Of a stretch of 64,000 nucleotides of DNA, positions 57,403 through 64,000 are shown piece after piece. The stretch's first letter is position 1, and each line of letters opens with the position of its first letter. The notes under the pieces were generated by a model. The model did no database searches and was not told where the DNA came from. It worked only from the letters and a program-made list of their open reading frames with translations. The position numbers and the translations under genes are program-made. Source of the DNA: Planctomycetota bacterium (GTDB lineage: Bacteria; Planctomycetota; UBA1135; UBA2386); NCBI GenBank assembly GCA_965223545.1, contig OZ245006.1:1280001-1344000 (forward strand), given 5' to 3'.

Positions 57403-58353
57403 TCAGTGGTCGCGCAGCGACTCCTTGAGTTGCTCCAGTCCCTGCTCCAAACGACTGAGGTAGCGGTCGAGCCGGCGGTCGCCGGCCATGCGCTCCTTGA
57501 GCTCGCGCATCAGCCGTTCGTAGAGAGCCACGTCGCTCTCGGCCACTGCGTGGGCAAACAGATACTGCCAGAACGACGTGACCTGCGAGCTGGTCGGCAC
57601 GCGACCGGCATCGAGCATCGCCAAGAACTTCGCGCCGCCAGCGGCCATCTCGGTGCGCTTCGTGGAGCGGAGGATGTCGCGAAACTCGAGATTCACCAAC
57701 ATCGGTTGCAGGGGGCGCAGCTCCTCGTCGTCGAGCGAGAAGCGCTGCAGCGCCGCCTGCGCTTCGGCAAACGTGATGTAGCCCTCGCGCAGCTCCAGGG
57801 CGAAGAGCTCACGGGCGGCGGCGCCCGCCGGATCATCGATCGCCGCCTTGCGGCGCTGGTAGTCGTGCAGCTTGACGTAGGCCTGCTCGAGCTGGTCCAT
57901 GGTGACGACGTGGCCGACCTGCACGAGGAGGCGGCCGTCGGCACCGAGGAACGAGACCGTCGGGAAGCCGTTGCCACCCTTCTCGAACAGCAGGTCGGGA
58001 TACGGTTCGTCGTCACAATGCGACGTGTTGTGCAAGAACAGCACCACCTTCTTGGACCACTGCGCGAAGTCGTCGGTCGAGAGCGCACGGCTCTCGAGGG
58101 CGTCACACGGGCCTCAAGGTGCGTAGCTGCGCGTGAAGTAGGTCAGGATCAGCTTGCCGTCCGCCTCCGCCTCGCGGCGCGCGGCATCGTAGTCGAGCCG
58201 CCACGCGGCATTCTTGAACACTGGCTTGGCGAGCTTCTCGGACCGCTGCGCGCGCAGCCGCTCCTGATCGCCACCCGCTTGGGCACACGCCAGCCCACTG
58301 AGCAGCACCGCACCGACCGCGGTCCAACCGGTCACACCGATGAGTCGAGACAA
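57403..58353 (-). CDS. Exported thioredoxin-like selenoprotein (UxxC; Sec codon at 58114-58116), about 316 aa
   Basis: AAGGAGG RBS 5 nt before TTG at 58353; signal peptide; W..DYDAARREA...KLILTYFTRSYAP-TGA-GPCDALE reads in frame into ORF 57403..58047, which has GFPT (cis-Pro motif). Confidence 0.85.
58077..58097 (-). promoter_or_regulatory. Bacterial SECIS-like hairpin
   Basis: mRNA UCGAGAGC-CGUGC-GCUCUCGA: perfect 8-bp stem beginning after a 16-nt spacer from the UGA, with GU near the 5' side of the loop. Confidence 0.7.
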
Positions 58354-58480
58354 AGGCACCTCCTTGGAATGCGCTTGTGATACGACAAACCCGACCGGGG
58401 TTCGCATTCCGCCGTTTTTTGCCGTCCTGCGTGCTGGCGTCACCGTTGCGCGCCGCCATCCGGCCCGTCACACTGCGGCG

Positions 58481-59440
58481 ATGAGTGCCGCACCCTCCAT
58501 CGAGGCCGTCGAGACCCTCCTCGACCGCCCCCTGCTGGATCTTGTCTACGAGGCCGCAACGGTGCACCGGACCCACCACGCCCCGGGCGCGGTGCAGTGT
58601 GCCCAGCTCGCCAGCATCAAGACCGGGGGTTGCCCCGAGGACTGTGGCTACTGCTCGCAGAGCGCGCGTTTCGACACCCCGATCGAGGCCCACGCGCTGC
58701 TGCCCGCGAGCGAAGTGCTGGCGCGCGCCCAGGCCGCCGCCGCCGGCGGCGCCGACCGGTTTTGCATGGGCGCTGCCTGGCGCGCGGCGCCGGAGGGGGC
58801 GCGTTTCGAGTCGGTCCTGCAGATGGTGCGCGAGGTCAAGGCGCTCGGTCTGGAGACCTGCGCGACGCTCGGCATGCTGACGAAAGGGCAGGCGGAACGG
58901 CTGCGCGAGGCCGGCCTCGACTACTACAACCACAACCTCGACACCGGCCGCAGCCACTACGGGCACGTCGTCACCACGCGTACCTACGACGATCGCCTGC
59001 AGACGCTGGCGCACGCGCGGGAGGCCGGCCTGAAGCTCTGCTGTGGTGGCATTCTCGGCCTCGGCGAGGACCGCCGGGCGCGCGCCGAGCTGCTCGTCGA
59101 GCTGGCAGCGATGGCGCCGCCGCCCGAGTCCGTGCCGATCAACACGCTGGTCCCGGTCGAGGGCACGCCGATGCAGCATCACGAGCCCGTCGATTGGAGT
59201 GAGGTGCTGCGCACGGTCGCCGCGGCGCGCATCGTGCTGCCGGCAAGCGCGCTCCGGCTCAGCGCCGGGCGCCGCGAGCTCGGCGAGGCCGGCCAGGCTC
59301 TCTGCTTCCTGGCGGGCGCGAACTCCATCTTCACCGGAGACGTCCTGCTCACCGCGGCCAACGCGACGCCGGACGCCGACGCCACCCTGCTGGCCAAGCT
59401 CGGTCTCCATCGCTCGGCGCACGCGACGGCGGCGCGATGA
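58481..59440 (+). CDS. bioB: Biotin synthase
   Basis: SIKTGGCPEDCGYCSQS, RFCMGAAWR, YYNHNLDT, PESVPIN, CFLAGANSIF. Confidence 0.97.
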   Translation: MSAAPSIEAVETLLDRPLLDLVYEAATVHRTHHAPGAVQCAQLASIKTGGCPEDCGYCSQSARFDTPIEAHALLPASEVLARAQAAAAGGADRFCMGAAWRAAPEGARFESVLQMVREVKALGLETCATLGMLTKGQAERLREAGLDYYNHNLDTGRSHYGHVVTTRTYDDRLQTLAHAREAGLKLCCGGILGLGEDRRARAELLVELAAMAPPPESVPINTLVPVEGTPMQHHEPVDWSEVLRTVAAARIVLPASALRLSAGRRELGEAGQALCFLAGANSIFTGDVLLTAANATPDADATLLAKLGLHRSAHATAAR

Positions 59441-62400
59441 CTCCGCCGGACGCCGCGGCACGCCGCCGCGCCCTGTGGCAGGGCGAGCTGGACGACCTGC
59501 GCGCGCAGGACCGACTGCGCGCGTTGCCGGGTCGGCCGGCCGGCATCGATTTCGTTTCCAACGACTACCTCGGGCTGCGGCACCACCCCGCGTTGCGGCG
59601 CGCGGCGCACACCGCCATCACCCGCGATGGCTGCGGCGCCGGCGCAGCGCGCCTGCTCGGTGGCGCGGCGGAGGCCAGCCTCGCCCTCGAGCACCGCGTC
59701 GCCGCCTGGCTGGGCACGCCCGCCGCCTTGCTGTTCCCGTCGGGCTATCAAGCCAACTTGGGCGTGATCACCGCGCTGGCCGATCGCGAGGACGTCATCC
59801 TCAGCGACGCCTTGATCCACGCGTCCTCGATCGATGCCTGCCGGCAGACGCGCGCCACGGTCCGCGTGTTCGCCCATGCGGACCTGGAGGCTTTGGACGC
59901 CGCGCTGACGGCCGGACGCGACGCCCGCCGCCGGTTGGTCCTGACCGAGGGCGTGTTCGGCATGGACGGCGACGTGCCACGCTTGCGCGAGATGCACGCA
60001 CTGTGCGCGGCGCACGACGCCTGGCTGATCGTCGACGAGGCGCACTCCGCCGGCCTGCTCGGTCCGCGCGGGCGCGGCGCGTGGGCAGCGCACGGCGGCC
60101 GGGACGACCGCGCGCTGGCAGCCCGTGTCGTCACCTTCGGCAAGGCGCTCGGCAGCGCGGGCGCAGCGGTGGCGGGCGATGCCGAGCTGTGCGCACTGCT
60201 CGCCCAACGGGCACGCAGCTTCGTGTTCAGCACGGCGCCGGCGCCGGCGGTCATTGCCGCTGCCGGCGCAGCCATCGAGCTCGTCCAGCAAAGCTCGGCC
60301 GAGCGCGACCGCGCACTGCAGCTGGCGCGGCGGTTGGCACACGGGCTCGACCTGCAGCCGCCGGATGCGGCAATCGTGCCACTTCCGGTCGGCGACGACG
60401 CTCGCGCGGTGCAGCTGGCGACCACGCTGCAACAACGCGGTTTCGACGTCCGCGCCGTCCGGCCGCCAACCGTGCCCCCTGGCACGGCACGGCTCCGGCT
60501 GGTGTGCCACGCCACCAACACCGAAGCGCAAGTCGATGCGCTGGTCGAGGTGATCACCGCGCCGGCTGCACGCACGGAGCGGAGTCGCCGCGCCGGCGGA
60601 GGGGGACGGGGTGATGAACGGGAGCCTGGCTCCGTACGTTCGTGTCAGGTGTTTGTCGCGGGGACGGACACCGGGATCGGCAAGACGGTGGTCGCCGCCG
60701 CGCTCGTACGTTCGCTGGGTGGAGGGAGTGGAGGTGCGGTGCGCTACTACAAGCCGGTGCAGACTGGTGAGGACGACGACACGGGGACGGTGCGCGCGCT
60801 CACCGGCGACGCCGCGGCCACCGCGGCGCCGCCGCTGCACGAGTTGCCGCTGCCCGCTTCGCCGCACGAGGCGGCGCGGGACGCAGGCGTGCAGATCGAT
60901 CTCGGTTCGGTGCGCGATTCGCTGCACCGGCTGCAGGCGGCGGGGCCCGCCGGTGCGGACTGGGTCGTCGAGCTGGCCGGCGGCTTGATGGTGCCGTATG
61001 GCGACGGCTCGCTGCAGATCGACTGGCTCGCCGAAGCCGCGGCCGGCGGCGCCCGGGTGGTCCTGGTCGCGCGCTCGGGACTCGGCACCCTCAACCACAG
61101 CTTGCTGTCGCTGCAGGCGCTGCGCGCGCGCGGCGTGACGCCCACGGCGCTGGTGCTGGTCGGCGCGCCCCACGATAGCAACCGCGCCACCCTCGCCGCG
61201 CTCGCGGCCCCGGTGCCGGTCGTCGAGCTGCCTGTTCTCGAGCCCTTGACCGCAGAGACTCTCGCGCAGTGGGCCGCGACCCACGACTGGCCCGCGCTGC
61301 TGCGCGCGACCGAACCCGTTGCGGAAGAGGACTGGGCCGTGCGTGGCCATCGCTGCCTGTGGCATCCCTACACCCAGCACGGCACCGACGACACTCCGCT
61401 GCCCGTCGTCGAAGCCAGCGGCTCGTGGCTGACCTTGGCCGACGGCCGCCGCATCCTCGACGGGATCTCGTCGTGGTGGACCTCACTGCACGGCCACGGC
61501 CGTGCCGAGATCCTCGACGCGGTCCGCACCCAGGGTGCGCGCCTCGACCACGTGCTGTTCGCCGGCGCCACCCACCGGCCGGCAGTCGAGCTCGCCGAGC
61601 GGCTGCTCGCCCTGGCACCGCCCGGTCTGGCCCGCGTGTTCTACAGTGACGACGGCTCCACCGCGGTGGAGGTCGCGTTGAAGATCGTGCGCCAGGCGTG
61701 GGTGCAGCGCGGCGAGCCCCAGCGCCGGGTCCTCGTCGCCCTCGATGGCGGCTACCACGGCGACACCCTCGGCGCGATGGCGGTCGGCGACCCCGAGCCG
61801 TTCTTCGCCGCCTACCGGCCGTGGCTGTTCGAGGTCGAACGCGTGCCCGCCGAGGCCGAGGCCATCGCCGGTGCGTTGCAGCGGTTGGGAGAGCGCGCCG
61901 CCGGGGTGATCGCCGAGCCCCTGGTGCAGGGGGCGGCCGGAATGCGCATGCACGGACCCGAGCTGCTGCAAACGATCCGTGCCGTGTGCGATCGCCACGA
62001 CGTGCCGTGGATCGCCGACGAAGTGATGACGGGCTTCGGCCGCACGGGCGCCGTGTTCGCCTGCAGCCACGCGGGCGTCCGCCCCGACCTGATGTGCGTC
62101 GCGAAGGGGCTGACCGGCGGCGTGCTGCCGCTCGCCGCGACGCTGGTCGCCGAGCCGTGGTTCGAGGCGTTCCTCGCCCCCGACAAGGGCCGCATGTTCT
62201 TTCACGGCCACTCCTTTACCGCCAACCCATTGGGCTGCGCCGCCGCCCTGGCCTCGCTGGACTTGATCGAGCGCGAAGCGACGCCGCTGCGGCTGGACGG
62301 GCTCGGCCAACGCATCGAGACCGAGCTGCGGCGCCGGCTTCCCAACCCGGCGGCGCTCGGTCTTCGCCGCTGCGGCGGCATCGTCGCGCTCGACGTTCAG

Positions 62401-62580
62401 CGAGACGGTGGCTACCTCGACGACATCGCAGGAACGCTGCGGGCGGCGGCAGTCGAACGCGGCTGTCTGCTGCGCCCGCTGGGACCGGTGGTCTACGCGA
62501 TGCCCCCCGCCTCGACGACCGAGGCCGAGGCCGACCGGATCGCCGACGTCATGGCGAGCCTGGCCGAGGGTGCTGGTTGA
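59437..62580 (+). CDS. bioF-bioD-bioA: Trifunctional BioF-BioD-BioA fusion (KAPA synthase, dethiobiotin synthetase, DAPA aminotransferase), 1047 aa
   Basis: BioF: SNDYLGL, VDEAHS, TFGKALG, AVRPPTVP. BioD: GTDTGIGKT, KPVQTG, LGTLNH. BioA: WHPYTQ, SSWW, DDGSTAVEVALK, YHGDT, DEVMTGFGRTG, AKGLTGG. Confidence 0.92.
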   Translation: MTPPDAAARRRALWQGELDDLRAQDRLRALPGRPAGIDFVSNDYLGLRHHPALRRAAHTAITRDGCGAGAARLLGGAAEASLALEHRVAAWLGTPAALLFPSGYQANLGVITALADREDVILSDALIHASSIDACRQTRATVRVFAHADLEALDAALTAGRDARRRLVLTEGVFGMDGDVPRLREMHALCAAHDAWLIVDEAHSAGLLGPRGRGAWAAHGGRDDRALAARVVTFGKALGSAGAAVAGDAELCALLAQRARSFVFSTAPAPAVIAAAGAAIELVQQSSAERDRALQLARRLAHGLDLQPPDAAIVPLPVGDDARAVQLATTLQQRGFDVRAVRPPTVPPGTARLRLVCHATNTEAQVDALVEVITAPAARTERSRRAGGGGRGDEREPGSVRSCQVFVAGTDTGIGKTVVAAALVRSLGGGSGGAVRYYKPVQTGEDDDTGTVRALTGDAAATAAPPLHELPLPASPHEAARDAGVQIDLGSVRDSLHRLQAAGPAGADWVVELAGGLMVPYGDGSLQIDWLAEAAAGGARVVLVARSGLGTLNHSLLSLQALRARGVTPTALVLVGAPHDSNRATLAALAAPVPVVELPVLEPLTAETLAQWAATHDWPALLRATEPVAEEDWAVRGHRCLWHPYTQHGTDDTPLPVVEASGSWLTLADGRRILDGISSWWTSLHGHGRAEILDAVRTQGARLDHVLFAGATHRPAVELAERLLALAPPGLARVFYSDDGSTAVEVALKIVRQAWVQRGEPQRRVLVALDGGYHGDTLGAMAVGDPEPFFAAYRPWLFEVERVPAEAEAIAGALQRLGERAAGVIAEPLVQGAAGMRMHGPELLQTIRAVCDRHDVPWIADEVMTGFGRTGAVFACSHAGVRPDLMCVAKGLTGGVLPLAATLVAEPWFEAFLAPDKGRMFFHGHSFTANPLGCAAALASLDLIEREATPLRLDGLGQRIETELRRRLPNPAALGLRRCGGIVALDVQRDGGYLDDIAGTLRAAAVERGCLLRPLGPVVYAMPPASTTEAEADRIADVMASLAEGAG

Positions 62581-63445
62581 CCTCGAGGAGGGCGCGCATC
62601 TCCGCGAAGCGGGCGGCGGTGGCGGCGTCGACTTCGGGGTAGCGCAAGCCCTGGGCGCGCAGCGCCGCCACGACCAGCTCGGCCACCGATAGCCGCATGA
62701 ACGGCTTGTCATCGGCCGGGATCGCGAACCACGGTGCCCAAGGCCGCGAGGTCCCGTTGAGCGCTGCTTCGTAGGCGCGCTGGTAGGCATCCCAGTGCTG
62801 CCGCTCGGCGACATCGCCGACCGAGAACTTCCAGTTCTTCTCAGGCCGCTCGATGCGGGCCAGGAACCGGCGGCGCTGCTCTTCGGCCGACACGTTGAGC
62901 CAGAACTTGAGGATCAGCGTCCCGTTGCGGGCCAGGTGCTTCTCGTGGTCCCGGATCGACTCCAGCCGCTCCTCCCACAACGCCTCACCGGTGGCACGGT
63001 CCGGGATCCGCTGTGCGTCGAGGTACTCGGGATGCACGCGGACGACGAGCACCTCCTCGTAGTAGCTGCGGTTGAAAATGCCGATCCGGCCGCGCTCGGG
63101 CAGGCAGCGCACGGTGCGCCACAAGAAGTCGTGGTCCAGCTCCACCGCCGACGGCTGCTTGAACGAGAACACCTGGCAGCCCGCGGGGTTCACCCCGCTC
63201 ATCACCGCGCGGATCGTGCCGTCCTTGCCCGCCGCGTCCATCGCCTGAAACACGAGCAAGACGGCGTGGTGGTCGTGCGCGTACAGCATGCGCTGCAGAT
63301 CGCGCAGCTCGTCGACCGCTTCCTCGAGCTGCCGCTTGCACGCCTTCTTGCCGGGCGCCTCCGACGGCGGCGCCGTCGGCGCCCGGTCGACGCGGAACGA
63401 GCCGTCGAACGGCACCAAGAAGGGGCTTTGCTGCCAGGTTTGCAT
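62549..63445 (-). CDS. ppk2: Polyphosphate kinase 2 (class III-like)
   Basis: FQAMDAAGKDG, FKQPS, FNRSYYEEVLVVRVH, KNWKFS, PWAPWFAIPADDK. Confidence 0.94.
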   Translation of the reverse strand: MQTWQQSPFLVPFDGSFRVDRAPTAPPSEAPGKKACKRQLEEAVDELRDLQRMLYAHDHHAVLLVFQAMDAAGKDGTIRAVMSGVNPAGCQVFSFKQPSAVELDHDFLWRTVRCLPERGRIGIFNRSYYEEVLVVRVHPEYLDAQRIPDRATGEALWEERLESIRDHEKHLARNGTLILKFWLNVSAEEQRRRFLARIERPEKNWKFSVGDVAERQHWDAYQRAYEAALNGTSRPWAPWFAIPADDKPFMRLSVAELVVAALRAQGLRYPEVDAATAARFAEMRALLEVNQHPRPGSP

Positions 63446-63556
63446 GAGATCGGCCGATGATGGGCGACCGTTGCCACCTTCGCCAGCTTCTGCTTGCGCA
63501 CGCGTTCTCCGCCGCGGACTCCTCTCGCATCTGGCGGTATGGCACTCTAGTGCGCC

Positions 63557-64000
63557 ATGTCGCAAGCCCATCCGGCGCCGCCACTGGGCCCCCTGCTGCG
63601 CGCTGCGCGCACCGTGGATGCCATCCACCGGCGGTTGGCGCGTGCCCTCGGCTGGCTGACGCTGACGATGGTGCTGCTCGGCGCCTACAACGCCCTGGCG
63701 CGCTACTTGGAGCGAGACGTCGGCCTGCGCCTGTCGTCCAACGCGTTCCTCGAGGCACAGTGGTATCTGTTCGGCCTGGTGTTCCTGCTCGCGGCCCCGC
63801 ACGCGCTGCGGGCCGGCGCCCACGTGCGGGTCGACGTGCTCTACGGCCGCCATGCCGCCCGCGGCCGTGCCTGGGTCGATCTGTGCGGCGCGCTGCTGTT
63901 GGCGGTTCCGTTCTGCTTGTTCGGGCTGTGGATGAGCCGCGACTTCGTCGCCGACAGCTGGGTACGCGGCGAGATGTCCAATGATCCGGGCGGCCTGCCG
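63557..64000 (+). CDS. dctQ: TRAP transporter small permease subunit (runs off the window end)
   Basis: Absent from the ORF track because it has no stop. Translation gives LSSNAFLEAQWYLFGLVFLLAAPHALRAGAHVRVDVLY...GEMSNDPGGLP. Confidence 0.88.
   Translation, partial: MSQAHPAPPLGPLLRAARTVDAIHRRLARALGWLTLTMVLLGAYNALARYLERDVGLRLSSNAFLEAQWYLFGLVFLLAAPHALRAGAHVRVDVLYGRHAARGRAWVDLCGALLLAVPFCLFGLWMSRDFVADSWVRGEMSNDPGGLP

Noticed and set aside
58114..58116. Genome-wide UGA reassignment (genetic code 4 or 25) as the explanation for the in-frame TGA
   Set aside because: Many genes here end in TGA at family-typical C-termini and in ATGA/GTGA couplings, so UGA is normally a stop.
63540..63556. TGGCACTCTAGTGC as a sigma54 promoter for dctQ
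   Set aside because: GG-to-GC spacing is 9 rather than 10, and it abuts the start codon.
1..64000. tRNA, rRNA, IS/transposase, integrase, prophage or CRISPR-Cas
   Set aside because: No cloverleaf, rRNA-like segment, transposase, integrase or phage motif, or repeat-spacer array was recognisable by eye; tRNAscan and Infernal were not run.

Overview
A 64 kb, very GC-rich bacterial chromosomal segment. The gene content suggests Planctomycetota (inference: prepilin-type genes, a kinase-FGE fusion, a sulfatase-like protein, an OlsG/PmtA-like methyltransferase, many secreted proteins). I call about 47 genes; most other entries in the six-frame track are shadow ORFs. Housekeeping and metabolic genes include fhs (partial), leuS, icmF, bioB, a BioF-BioD-BioA triple fusion, ppk2 and a partial TRAP small permease. 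I found no rRNA, tRNA, CRISPR array or transposase. Main findings: (1) a 13.7 kb translationally coupled array of nine secreted amidohydrolase-superfamily paralogs (10 domains), in which only two keep a full metal site and one of those is frameshifted; (2) a hidden exported thioredoxin-like selenoprotein with an in-frame UGA in a U-G-P-C motif and a SECIS-like hairpin, split into two ORFs in the track; (3) an ECF sigma / anti-sigma / membrane-anchored TPR-CHAT protease module; (4) a sigma54-type promoter followed by a highly structured candidate sRNA or leader; (5) a pseudopilin trio with a 1105-aa pilin coupled to a Ser/Thr kinase; (6) a palindromic repeat shared between an intergenic hairpin and the BioF-BioD linker. 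All calls come from motif recognition by eye; no searches were run.
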